From: Candidatus Woesearchaeota archaeon | GTDB taxonomy: Archaea > Nanobdellota > Nanobdellia > SCGC-AAA011-G17 > CAYFGV01 | Direction of reading: 5' to 3' | Assembly (NCBI GenBank): GCA_964452525.1 | Contig: CAYVLZ010000002.1 | Location: 2,392 to 66,391, forward strand | DNA length: 64,000 nucleotides | Shown: piece after piece, positions 45,201 through 53,361 of the stretch | Numbering within the stretch: the first letter of the stretch is position 1 | Layout of the letters: every line of letters starts with the position of its first letter | Position numbers and translations under genes: made by a program | Notes under the pieces: generated by a model | What the model saw: the letters and a program-made list of their open reading frames with translations, nothing else | Told to the model about the DNA's origin: nothing | Databases searched by the model: none

Positions 45201-46383
45201 CTATAAAAAAATAGACAAGAGTAACAACGAATTAATTGCTAAAAAAGAAATAGAAACAACAAATAAGATAAAACAATTGCACCATCTCTCTTTAGCAATA
45301 AATTCACAAGATAAATTATTCTTAACATTAAGAGAAGTAATAAATGCTCTTGATGACGTTACAATAATAAAATTAGATAAATATGGAAATGAAATAAAGA
45401 GGATGCATGTAAACTCTCAAGCAGGCTCAATAAAAGATACAGATATTTTAATAGACGATTCAGAAGATGTTTACGTAGTATGGCAGTGGTTCCAAGGAAA
45501 TGAAAGAATAAATTTCATAAAACTAGATAGTAACCTGCAACAAGTTATTGAGAACTCAAGACTTAATCAATATGCCGAAAATTTCCACTTATCTGTAGGG
45601 AGGGTTTATGGAATAACCCCGACAGACACATCAACAGTAGTTGCAAGATCTATAATGTACGATAAAATGACCGATAAGCTTTACAATGAAAATGAATACA
45701 ATACTCTATGGATTACAAGATCATTCTCTCACCATGCAATAAAAGCAAGTACAGATTCTGCCATAATGGACAAAAGCAAAGTAAATGCAGTATGCTCAAC
45801 AGACGAATATTATGGTTGTGAACATATAGACGATCATGGAAAAATTCCAGACGAGTATTTAGAGGATAAACAAATAATATTATTAACAGACCACGGAGGA
45901 ATAAGTAACTTTGGAGCGGGGTCAATATTAACACATACAATGCCTTATGTACAGAATCCTTTTGTCTTTGGCTATGCATGCTCAACGAATAATGTATGGC
46001 AAGGTTATCATCCAGAAGGATATCTTGCAGACCCTGGGATAAATACTTTTGGTTTGCATTTCTTAAGAAATGGAGCTGTTTCTTACATAGGATCAGCAGG
46101 TCTTACTTTTGATTCTCGTAAAAGCTCAGACCAGTTCATCAAACTCATGACACAAGGAAACCAAAGAACAATTGGAGATGCTAATGAGATAGCAGATACA
46201 GACCTTTACTATAGACAACATTTCGTACTAATTGGAGACCCTACTCTAAGTATTAAATCTAAAAGAGTGAACTGGGAAAAGAACGTAATCCTTCCTTTAG
46301 AACCGAAGAAGAAAGTCTGGGAACTAGATGATCCCTGGCCACCACAAGATGATAAAGTTAAGAAAGCCGTGAGAATCAATTAA
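42217..46383 (+). CDS. Giant secreted protein: F5/8 type C (discoidin) domain, beta-propeller-like repeats, C-terminal clan-CD (C25/gingipain-like) cysteine peptidase-like domain
   Basis: TTG start with the SD-like gggggtg. The discoidin domain spans 43177..43585 (AIDGELSSRWNSG...WLEVDMG...ARYVRITM...LNEIEIF). At least 6 repeats of type hhhVW.D.....E(I/L)(Y/F)(F/Y)KK(I/L)D..G span about 44497-45550. A His/Cys dyad context IILLTDHGG ... FVFGYACSTNN lies at about 45874-45993. Confidence 0.55.
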   Translation: MDFNIKIILSMIFATFVISTAVSATVNIDIDLPQNTFYDEDQLKFDYTLTSTQEENITFTPYMLCPNNQIPLLEEINILLEEDVPYSAEYKDFIVDEQYSNSATCSAGIKITDPFEQESHETFNIDVLPKMATRLSFNSQLCEIPQVFFTSDETVTANIRAENQMSPGTPLETQNTGFYVNPEGENVEIDFSGDQANIPFDGYGNYYVEITSSLGGYMDKTENKYFSYLEEHIPIILETNCNSNSICENNENYQNCPMDCYGIPGDRILRNEPQYDENMVFLATDNDWRNILRLVPVVSWNIGMTHKNYPMLILHNEGLTLQEENYALARNGATITANNYHEEQNSPDAAIDGELSSRWNSGTSEESWLEVDMGSSKIIDQIKLYHFGSVDYYANIEVKETPEDEWQLVEENIELLGHWLPIVVDFDPVTARYVRITMDTLGSPDWKTLNEIEIFNTQQDPCLKEAFDPDSIITFLQQYEPSRVFIFGDTPQEFDDLLTADEPFGAGLDETQLRRQTPYDVFSYWNEFDKVVIVDYDDYKAALLGSTIASKLNSPILFIDRLNIDLHQYVINGREAIVVGDVDSETRNGIDDWASQRTYLTIEQAQNHYKNLMNPDKILMVNPHDWNYAFVPENKFLPEKTDNKLLYTFTKDSVTAPFLAAAKNELLMFNEIPKSPLNNECSSNYYVTENIQTTDQNMVDFVNRFQDNDFEYLTIISNHYSIPESQFSYCYNDDTEGGKYQVRIQQDKKYARHPNNEPIITQPVIDRDSQNNIYAVWHQASEIFYKKTDQDMNTLIEDTQLTDDDNHASFSPDTAIDSYDHLNVVWSDLRDVATLEIYFNKIDQNGYKVFAQDKKISPDNSIDKYEPKIISDENYLYVFWRVMLPGNQFYKMQKLNYDGSKVGEVMEIGESFNVVGDYDLAIDDNYIYLISSKSISENGKQIVFLKLDKEGNLIKEEIIEETDYQSLDPQVVMDSDENLHIIWRDYVGDSKSELFYKKIDKSNNELIAKKEIETTNKIKQLHHLSLAINSQDKLFLTLREVINALDDVTIIKLDKYGNEIKRMHVNSQAGSIKDTDILIDDSEDVYVVWQWFQGNERINFIKLDSNLQQVIENSRLNQYAENFHLSVGRVYGITPTDTSTVVARSIMYDKMTDKLYNENEYNTLWITRSFSHHAIKASTDSAIMDKSKVNAVCSTDEYYGCEHIDDHGKIPDEYLEDKQIILLTDHGGISNFGAGSILTHTMPYVQNPFVFGYACSTNNVWQGYHPEGYLADPGINTFGLHFLRNGAVSYIGSAGLTFDSRKSSDQFIKLMTQGNQRTIGDANEIADTDLYYRQHFVLIGDPTLSIKSKRVNWEKNVILPLEPKKKVWELDDPWPPQDDKVKKAVRIN

Positions 46384-46447
46384 TTATCTTATAGTGGTGA
46401 AGAAGGAAAGCTTTTTAAATTTTTATTTATTCTTAAATAAACTTAAA

Positions 46448-47986
46448 ATGAAGATCTTTAGAATCGCTTCAGTATTAGCGACACTTTATACATTGTCTGG
46501 ATTATCTGGAGAAGTTAAAAGCCAGTCCGTTAGTGACACTACTAATACAATTGTAGAAAATGCTGAATTCAATACAGACTTAGAATATCCACATTTACTT
46601 CAATTTTATACTACTCAAAATTATGTTGGAGAGCCTTTTATTTCATTGGCAGCTGTTAATGAACCTTCAGATAATGTTACAGCAGAGCTTAAAGGAAATC
46701 TTGGAATAGATCTTGATATAGAATTGATTAAAAAACAAGGAAGGATTGCCTATTATAAGATATCTAGTCAAGAGAATTTACCAGATTTTATTGAAGATTT
46801 TGTCTTTGATTTAAACCTAAAAAATAATGATAATGACTTTGAAGGCGAAACAAGATACTACTTTTTACAGCCAAATTATTATGAAAATTACTTAACAGTA
46901 TTCTCTAATAGCAACCAAGATTCTCTTATTGGAATAACAAGAATGGATGATGTTGCTGTACAAAATATCTTAGTTGAAGCACTTGGAGAAGATTATTTTC
47001 CATCTGGACAAGTAGAGCCTTTTTCAGGAACTATAGATTTATCTACAGATCCACCCGCAACCATATCTCTTTTAGAAAGATTTGAAGCTGCTGAATACGG
47101 AGATCTAGGAGAGTTTGTTCAAAGAACTTTAGAAGGTATGGAACAAAATTCTCTTTATTCTAAAGAAGTAAGAAATAGAATTTTATATGCAGCAGAATAC
47201 AACCCATACTTAATAAGTTTCCAAGTAGATATTTCTCAAAGGAATTCTAATTCAATAAATCAAAAAAGAGAAGACCTAGAACAAAAAATAGGCTCTTTCT
47301 ATGTTTTATCTCAACAACATTCAACAGAAAATCAAAGAAAATATCCTGATTTAGAAGACACTATAAGGCTAATGCAAGGTTTTAATGATCTGACTTATCT
47401 TGGATCAAATATGAGTCCTGAAAAGCTTCCACAAAATAATGGTGCACATAAAATGACCGTTCCTGTTGTTATTGAGGTATCTGACACAGAGTTAGACACC
47501 TTAAGAGTCGAAACCTTTTCTGAAGATGAAAATATAATCTTAAACGAAGGTAGAGAAAGGAAAATTGAACAAATCCAAGATGGTTACAGGGTAACTTTCT
47601 ATTTTGATTTCAATACAGGAGAAGATACAGAAGCACCATCCGGTTTCAAAATATTCTATGGAGAAACAGGAATAGAAGACAATCATAATTCTTCTGAACT
47701 GCCAAAAACAATAATCTTATATCAAAATTATCCTAACCCATTTAATCCTAGTACTACATTAAACTATGATGTTGTCGGAGAAGAATGCAAACATGTTGAT
47801 TTAGATATCTATAATATAAGAGGGAAACATGTTAAAACTCTAGTGGATGAAGAAAGATGTCCAGGTACACACCGGGTAATTTGGGACGGAAAAGATAAAT
47901 ACGGAATCAAAAACTCAGGAATTTATTTCTCTACATTAAAAATAGATGATGAAACTAGAACAAATAAAATGATATTATCTAAGTAG
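46448..47986 (+). CDS. Secreted protein ending in a T9SS-type (Por secretion tail / FlgD-Ig-like) C-terminal sorting domain
   Basis: Signal peptide MKIFRIASVLATLYTLSGLSGEVKSQ (ATG at 46448). The C-terminus LYQNYPNPFNPSTTLNYDV...VDLDIYNIRGKHVKTLVDE...GTHRVIWDGKDKYGIKNSGIYFSTLKIDDETRTNKMILSK (47705..47983) closely matches the TIGR04183-type consensus. Confidence 0.8.
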   Translation: MKIFRIASVLATLYTLSGLSGEVKSQSVSDTTNTIVENAEFNTDLEYPHLLQFYTTQNYVGEPFISLAAVNEPSDNVTAELKGNLGIDLDIELIKKQGRIAYYKISSQENLPDFIEDFVFDLNLKNNDNDFEGETRYYFLQPNYYENYLTVFSNSNQDSLIGITRMDDVAVQNILVEALGEDYFPSGQVEPFSGTIDLSTDPPATISLLERFEAAEYGDLGEFVQRTLEGMEQNSLYSKEVRNRILYAAEYNPYLISFQVDISQRNSNSINQKREDLEQKIGSFYVLSQQHSTENQRKYPDLEDTIRLMQGFNDLTYLGSNMSPEKLPQNNGAHKMTVPVVIEVSDTELDTLRVETFSEDENIILNEGRERKIEQIQDGYRVTFYFDFNTGEDTEAPSGFKIFYGETGIEDNHNSSELPKTIILYQNYPNPFNPSTTLNYDVVGEECKHVDLDIYNIRGKHVKTLVDEERCPGTHRVIWDGKDKYGIKNSGIYFSTLKIDDETRTNKMILSK

Positions 47987-47996
47987 TTTCAATTTA

Positions 47997-48485
47997 TTAT
48001 AATAGCTCTTTTTCGGATATAGATTCCCCGAACAATCTATCTTTCTTCCAATCGCGAATATCAGTTACATGTCTCCTCAATCTGCTTAATGATTCAGGTA
48101 TCTCGCAACCTTTTTCAGGTTCAGGACAAAATTGTATTAGCATACTTTCTATCACACCGTTAACACCAAACTGTATAAGCCATTCTAAGTCTTGTTTAGA
48201 ATACTCAAAAGGGATAATATCATGAACACTGTACCAAAAAGATTCATAATCATTCTTTAATAGATCTACTGGATTAACTCTTGTTATAAATTCTCTATAG
48301 GCTTCTCCATCACCCTCTAAGAGACGTTCACTTGCATCATACTCTATGCCAACTATATTAACTAAATAACTTACTCCAATTTCTCTCTTTTGATCATAAT
48401 TTAAAGAATTGCTTTGTCTGTTCCATCTCTTTAAGAAATACTGAACTTTTTCTCTAATGCTCCGGTTTACAAGGCCGGTCTCCAC
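47997..48485 (-). CDS. Hypothetical protein (GTG start, probably leaderless)
   Basis: The track ORF extends to 48620, but that would overlap the divergent DUF192 gene. The GTG at 48485 has a TATA box (rc of 48507..48514) 29 nt upstream. No family recognised. Confidence 0.45.
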   Translation of the reverse strand: METGLVNRSIREKVQYFLKRWNRQSNSLNYDQKREIGVSYLVNIVGIEYDASERLLEGDGEAYREFITRVNPVDLLKNDYESFWYSVHDIIPFEYSKQDLEWLIQFGVNGVIESMLIQFCPEPEKGCEIPESLSRLRRHVTDIRDWKKDRLFGESISEKELL

Positions 48486-48506
48486 AATTTTACTACTACT
48501 TTTTAT

Positions 48507-48514
48507 TATATAAA
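48507..48514 (-). promoter_or_regulatory. TATA box (minus strand, cttTTATATAat) for 47997..48485
   Basis: Lies 29 nt upstream of the GTG at 48485. Confidence 0.4.
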
Positions 48515-48542
48515 AGTATTGATAAACTACAACACAACAAAG

Positions 48543-48550
48543 TTTAAAAA
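48543..48550 (+). promoter_or_regulatory. TATA box (aaagTTTAAAAA) for DUF192 gene
   Basis: Lies 29 nt upstream of the ATG at 48572. Confidence 0.4.
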
Positions 48551-48571
48551 GGGTTATATTGCCGTTTATAT

Positions 48572-48934
48572 ATGAATTATGAGATTCATAACCAGAATAT
48601 AGTTCTAGCTGATAATGCAAAACACCATAAAGATTTTTTCTTCAAAGCTCGTGGATTAATGTTCAGAAAGCCTTTAAGAAAAGGTCAAGCAATGATCTTG
48701 GAATCAACAAATGAAGGCATTTTAGATACAACGATACACATGTTATTTGTCTTTTATCCAATAGACGTAATTTGGTTAAATTCTAATAAAGAAGTAGTAG
48801 ATATTAAGAAAAGTGTTATCCCTTTTATTCCATGGTTATCTCCTAAAGCTGCTGCAAAATACGTAATAGAATTAAGAAAAGGCACAGCTAAACACGTAAA
48901 CATCGGAGATATCTTAAAATTCATTAGAAAATAA
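48572..48934 (+). CDS. DUF192 (COG1430) family protein
   Basis: ARGLMFRKPL..GQAMILE....IHMLFVFYPIDVIWLNSNKEVVDIKK...AKYVIELRKGTA. Confidence 0.75.
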   Translation: MNYEIHNQNIVLADNAKHHKDFFFKARGLMFRKPLRKGQAMILESTNEGILDTTIHMLFVFYPIDVIWLNSNKEVVDIKKSVIPFIPWLSPKAAAKYVIELRKGTAKHVNIGDILKFIRK

Positions 48935-48971
48935 GGAAAAAATTTATATACATTCCTTACTTAATTTAAAT

Positions 48972-49115
48972 ATGCAAATGTTAAAAAAATGCTCTATCTG
49001 TAAAAAGAATATAGCAAGATTTAATTGCATTGCTTGCGGAAAACATGTTTGTGCAGCTTGTTATAGTAACGGTTTGTGTGCCGCATGTAGAGAAGGAAAA
49101 TCCGTTTTAAAATGA
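48972..49115 (+). CDS. 47-aa double zinc-finger (B-box/HIT-like) microprotein, absent from ORF track
   Basis: Manual translation: MQMLKKCSICKKNIARFNCIACGKHVCAACYSNGLCAACREGKSVLK. It has eight Cys residues in four CxxC pairs plus one His. Its stop overlaps the next start (ATGA at 49112..49115). Confidence 0.6.
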   Translation: MQMLKKCSICKKNIARFNCIACGKHVCAACYSNGLCAACREGKSVLK

Positions 49116-49438
49116 TAAACTACGTCGGCATAGAAAAATTAAAACCCTTAGAAATTAAAAGAGTTCATGAATTATCACAAAGGTATTTTTCTAAATTCAA
49201 AAGAGATTTTAAAGACTCTAATTTAACAGTTACAATAAAGAAATACGATTCTAATGGTAAATCCAAATTTTCAGTACATGCAAGACTAGAAACTCCTGAT
49301 AGTCACAACATCTTACTAGCTAAACAAGCCGACTGGGATCTTTCAAGAGCCTTACATAAAACTTTCAGAAATCTAGAAAACGCTATCAATCACATATTTA
49401 AAAGAGAGGTAACAAAAAGAAGAAAACTAAAGTTTTAG
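49112..49438 (+). CDS. HPF/RaiA (Ribosomal_S30AE)-like protein
   Basis: Length and beta-alpha-beta-beta-beta-alpha pattern align by eye with bacterial HPF: INYVGIE.L...IKRVHELSQRYFSKFKR..., LTVTIKK, FSVHARLE, ILLAKQADWDLSRALHKTFRNLENAINHIFKR, and a basic tail. Confidence 0.5.
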   Translation: MINYVGIEKLKPLEIKRVHELSQRYFSKFKRDFKDSNLTVTIKKYDSNGKSKFSVHARLETPDSHNILLAKQADWDLSRALHKTFRNLENAINHIFKREVTKRRKLKF

Positions 49439-49443
49439 TAACC

Positions 49444-49451
49444 TTTATAAA
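49444..49451 (+). promoter_or_regulatory. TATA box (aaccTTTATAAA) for RNase J
   Basis: Lies 29 nt upstream of the ATG at 49473. Confidence 0.5.
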
Positions 49452-49472
49452 TAAAATCCTTTAAATTCTTTT

Positions 49473-50807
49473 ATGGATATTAAACTATGCGGTGTTGGCG
49501 GTTATAACGAAGTAGGAAAAAATATGACCGCCTTGAAGATAGGTGACGAAGTAGTAATTCTTGATATGGGTTTTTTTCTTCCAAAATTAATAAGTTTTGA
49601 AGAAGAAGGAGGACAAAGAAAAAACTTAACCCCAAAAGGATTAATGGAATTGGGAGCAATACCTAATGATTCTGTAATATCTTCCTGGAAAAACAAAGTA
49701 AAAGCTATTGCATTTAGCCATTGTCATCTTGACCATGTGGGTGCTTCACTATATCTAGCAAATAAATACAAAGCTCCATTACTAGGTACAAGATTTACTT
49801 TAGAAGTTCTAAAATCCATGGCAAAAGACGAAAAAATAAATCTAAAAAACGATTTAAACGTATTAAATGCAAACTCCAGCCACAAAGTAAGTAAAAATAT
49901 CAAAATAGAATTCATAAACATGACTCATTCTACTCCTCAGACAGTAATGATAGCCGTACACACTCCAGAAGGCGTTATTCTATATGCTAATGACTTCAAA
50001 TTTGACAATTATCCAGTACTAGGGAAGAAACCCAATTATGAGAAATTAAAAGCATTAAAAGGAAATGTAAAAGCCTTAATCGTAGACAGCTTATACGCAG
50101 ATGCTGAAAGAAAAACTCCAAGTGAGAAGGTAGCTAGAGAAATGTTAAAAGATGTAATGCTTGGAACAGACAACAAAGGACATGCTATTATAGTTACTTG
50201 TTTTGCTAGCCATCTTGCTAGATTAAAAAGCATAATAGACTTTGGAAAAGCTCTTAACAGAAAAATAGTATTTATGGGAAGAAGCATGGCTAAATATACT
50301 TTAGCAGCAGAAAAAGCAGAGCTTGTTAAATATTCAAAAGACGTTGAAATCTTAAGTTACTCAAGACAGATGGAGAAAAAACTTAAAAAAATAGAAAAAA
50401 ACCGAGACCAATATTTAATAGCATGTACAGGTAACCAAGGAGAACCTGGAAGCGTATTAACAAGACTAGCTTCTGGTCAATTACCATTTAAATTCTATCC
50501 AGAAGATCATGTTATCTTTTCATGTAAAACCATTCCGGTTGATATTAATATTGCTAATAGAGCTTTACTAGAAAGAAAACTAAAACAGAAAAAAACAAGA
50601 ATATTTACAGACATCCATGTTTCAGGTCATGCAGGAAGAGAAGATCTTAGAGATCTAGTAGATATGGTACAACCCAAACACATTTTTCCCGTACATGGAA
50701 ATCCAATGCAAGACCTTGCCATGGCAGAATTAGCAACTGAAATGGGATATAAAAAAGGTAAAAACGTTCATTTAATAAATGATGGTGACATATTAGATTT
50801 AAAATGA
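49473..50807 (+). CDS. rnj: Archaeal ribonuclease J (metallo-beta-lactamase / beta-CASP)
   Basis: GVGGYNEVGKNMTALKIGDEVVILDMGF, HCHLDHVGA (HxHxDH), beta-CASP motifs, HVSGHAGREDL. About 444 aa. Confidence 0.8.
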   Translation: MDIKLCGVGGYNEVGKNMTALKIGDEVVILDMGFFLPKLISFEEEGGQRKNLTPKGLMELGAIPNDSVISSWKNKVKAIAFSHCHLDHVGASLYLANKYKAPLLGTRFTLEVLKSMAKDEKINLKNDLNVLNANSSHKVSKNIKIEFINMTHSTPQTVMIAVHTPEGVILYANDFKFDNYPVLGKKPNYEKLKALKGNVKALIVDSLYADAERKTPSEKVAREMLKDVMLGTDNKGHAIIVTCFASHLARLKSIIDFGKALNRKIVFMGRSMAKYTLAAEKAELVKYSKDVEILSYSRQMEKKLKKIEKNRDQYLIACTGNQGEPGSVLTRLASGQLPFKFYPEDHVIFSCKTIPVDINIANRALLERKLKQKKTRIFTDIHVSGHAGREDLRDLVDMVQPKHIFPVHGNPMQDLAMAELATEMGYKKGKNVHLINDGDILDLK

Positions 50808-51265
50808 AAAAGAGGAAAAAGAAGGTCAATTATATGCCTTATGTACTCCCAATGATTACTTTTATTGCTATCGCTATATTTGCTATTGCTAATCCAAACA
50901 TTACTGGTTTGGCTGTCCAAGATCAAGTTCAAATCAGCTCTCAAATACAATTAAAAATGGATCCTGAAGTAGTAATGCCTCCTAGTGCTTTAGTTAAAGT
51001 AACCTTAGATGGTAAGTCTTCTTCAATGACTATTGAAGACTTCATTGAAAAAACAGGACAAGATTATAGCTATGAACAAGGAACTTTTCCACAGATAAAC
51101 TACAAAGGACAAGGTTATACTGGTGATTATACTTACACTTTAGATTTATCAGAATTTAATCTCGGATTAGTCCCAAGAAAGGATCAATATCTATTAGAAA
51201 TTGACATTATCTTTAATAACGAACTTCTTTCCCATAGTGAGGAGATCGTAACTGTAGAAGAATGA
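50804..51265 (+). CDS. Membrane-anchored hypothetical protein
   Basis: Basic N-terminus followed by a TM segment (VLPMITFIAIAIFAIA). ATGA overlap with rnj. Confidence 0.45.
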   Translation: MKKRKKKVNYMPYVLPMITFIAIAIFAIANPNITGLAVQDQVQISSQIQLKMDPEVVMPPSALVKVTLDGKSSSMTIEDFIEKTGQDYSYEQGTFPQINYKGQGYTGDYTYTLDLSEFNLGLVPRKDQYLLEIDIIFNNELLSHSEEIVTVEE

Positions 51266-51483
51266 GCGTTCCAGCCTACGGTAAAAAGAAGATAAAAGTA
51301 AATACTTACATTCACGAGAAAGGCAAAAGTCTCGCAAGGACTACTCATATTGATCTTGAAGGTGATATTTCTAAAATAATCAAACCAGGAGAAATAACTT
51401 TCATAAAAGGAAAAAAAGGTGGAGTTTTCATAGCTCTTAAAAAAGAGATGATAAAGAGAGCTGAGAGATTGATTAAGAAATAA
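51262..51483 (+). CDS. Small basic hypothetical protein
   Basis: 73 aa. 4-nt overlap with the upstream gene. No family recognised. Confidence 0.4.
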   Translation: MSVPAYGKKKIKVNTYIHEKGKSLARTTHIDLEGDISKIIKPGEITFIKGKKGGVFIALKKEMIKRAERLIKK

Positions 51484-51522
51484 CCCATCACATTTATAAA
51501 TACTAAGTTCTTCCCCCAAAAT

Positions 51523-52140
51523 ATGAAATACGTAATTCTAGATATAGAAACAGTGCCTTTTGAAATTAAGCATGAAGATGTCAAATTATATCTAATGGAT
51601 AAAAAGATAAGCAAAGAAAGAAGAAGTATGGATCCAAATTATGCTAAAATCATATCTATAGGTATTAAAATCTCAGATTCTGAAACTAAAATATTCTCTG
51701 GGGATAAGGAAAAACAAATATTAGAAGAATTCTGGACTTTCCTAAAAGAAAATATCCAAGATCATATTTTCATAACCCATAACGGCTATAAATTCGATAT
51801 TCCATTTTTATTGATAAGGTCTGTAATCAATAAAATACCAATCCCAATCTCAATTAATTTAAACAGATGGAGAATGGAAGATTCTAATCATTTTGATACA
51901 ATGTTGTTCTTTTCTCAGTATGAAGCCTTTACTAATCCCAATTTAGTAATTCTAGCGAAGATGCATGGTATCGACTCCATTGACACTGTAACAGGCTCAG
52001 ATATAGAAAGATTGTACAAAGAAAAAAACTGGGAAAGAATAAAAGAACACTGTAAACATGACATCAATACTTTAGAACAAATATTTACTAAATTCTGCTT
52101 AGATTATTTAAAATCAAGACAACAGAACAATAAAGCTTAA
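51523..52140 (+). CDS. RNase H-fold 3'-5' exonuclease (PolB-exonuclease-like, DEDD type)
   Basis: VILDIETVP (Exo I), ITHNGYKFDIPFL (Exo II), HCKHDINTLEQIF (Exo III). Confidence 0.7.
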   Translation: MKYVILDIETVPFEIKHEDVKLYLMDKKISKERRSMDPNYAKIISIGIKISDSETKIFSGDKEKQILEEFWTFLKENIQDHIFITHNGYKFDIPFLLIRSVINKIPIPISINLNRWRMEDSNHFDTMLFFSQYEAFTNPNLVILAKMHGIDSIDTVTGSDIERLYKEKNWERIKEHCKHDINTLEQIFTKFCLDYLKSRQQNNKA

Positions 52141-52164
52141 TAGCAACTTTATCTTCCCAAAAAT

Positions 52165-53361
52165 ATGAAATTCGCTCATCTAGCAGATTGCCATTTGGGA
52201 GGTTGGAGAGAACCTCAACTTAGAGATCTCGGATTAAAAGCTTTTGATAAAGCAATGGATATTTGTATAGAAGAAAATACAGCCTTTGTCCTTATAGCTG
52301 GAGATCTATTCAATAATGCACTTCCACCAATAGACCTATTAAAAGAAGTAACCAACAGCTTAAGAAAACTAAAAGACAATGACATAAGCTGTTACATAAT
52401 CCCAGGAAGTCATGATTTCTCTATAAGCGGTAAAACCATGCTAGATGTCTTGGAAAAAGCTGGCTTAGTAGAAAATGTTGCTAAACTAGAAGATAATAAA
52501 TTAAAATTCACAATAGATAAAACCAACACAAAAATAACAGGTTTATTTGGCCTTAAAGGTGGCTTAGATAAAAACTACTATGAAAATATAGATAAAGAAA
52601 GTCTAGAAAAAGAAACCGGATTCAAAATCTTCATGTTCCACACTACTTTAACAGAATTCAAACCAAAAGATATGGAAAATGTAAAAAGTGAAAGTGTAAA
52701 CATAATACCAAAAAACTTCAACTACTATGCTGGTGGCCATCCGCATTATGTTTTCCATAAAGATTATCCCGGCTACGGAATGATAAGCTTTCCAGGTCCA
52801 TTATTCCCAAATAATTTCTCAGAACTAGAAAAACTTCAGCATGGAAGCTTCTACATAATAACCGCAAATGAAAAGCTTGACATTAAACAAATTCCATTAA
52901 AATTCCATGATGTTATTTCTTTTAATATAGATGTAAATAATAAAACAGCTACAGAAGCAGAAAAAATAATCTTAGACAACTTAAATCAGGATGTTACAAA
53001 CAAAATAGTAACTTTAAGAATTCATGGAACATTAACAAGTGGAAAAATAAACGACATCAACTTCAATGAAATTCTTTCTAAATTAGAATCTGCTTATGTA
53101 GTATTAAAAAATACTAATGCCTTAACAACAAAAGAATTTGAAGCAATAAAAATGGGGGGTAATGTAGAAGATATAGAAAAAGCCCTAATTAAAGAGCATA
53201 TAAAAGACACCAACATAAAAGAAGAACCAATTTTAAATTTAATGGAATCCTTAAGCTCATCTAAAGAAGAAGGAGAAACGACTTCAGATTTTGAAAACAG
53301 ATTGCTAAAAGACACCCTAAAATCTCTTAATTTAGAAGAAACATGGAAAAATGCTGCTTAA
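52165..53361 (+). CDS. mre11: DNA double-strand-break repair nuclease Mre11
   Basis: MKFAHLADCHLGGW, IAGDLFN, IPGSHD, MFHT, GGHPH phosphoesterase motifs. Confidence 0.85.
   Translation: MKFAHLADCHLGGWREPQLRDLGLKAFDKAMDICIEENTAFVLIAGDLFNNALPPIDLLKEVTNSLRKLKDNDISCYIIPGSHDFSISGKTMLDVLEKAGLVENVAKLEDNKLKFTIDKTNTKITGLFGLKGGLDKNYYENIDKESLEKETGFKIFMFHTTLTEFKPKDMENVKSESVNIIPKNFNYYAGGHPHYVFHKDYPGYGMISFPGPLFPNNFSELEKLQHGSFYIITANEKLDIKQIPLKFHDVISFNIDVNNKTATEAEKIILDNLNQDVTNKIVTLRIHGTLTSGKINDINFNEILSKLESAYVVLKNTNALTTKEFEAIKMGGNVEDIEKALIKEHIKDTNIKEEPILNLMESLSSSKEEGETTSDFENRLLKDTLKSLNLEETWKNAA

Noticed and set aside
3539-46447. Track N-terminal extensions from alternative start codons (3539, 27912, 28462, 38701, 46394)
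   Set aside because: In each case an in-frame ATG a few codons downstream is better positioned relative to an SD or TATA box. It also gives a canonical N-terminus, such as a signal peptide, the Pop5 motif or the proteasome alpha N-terminus.
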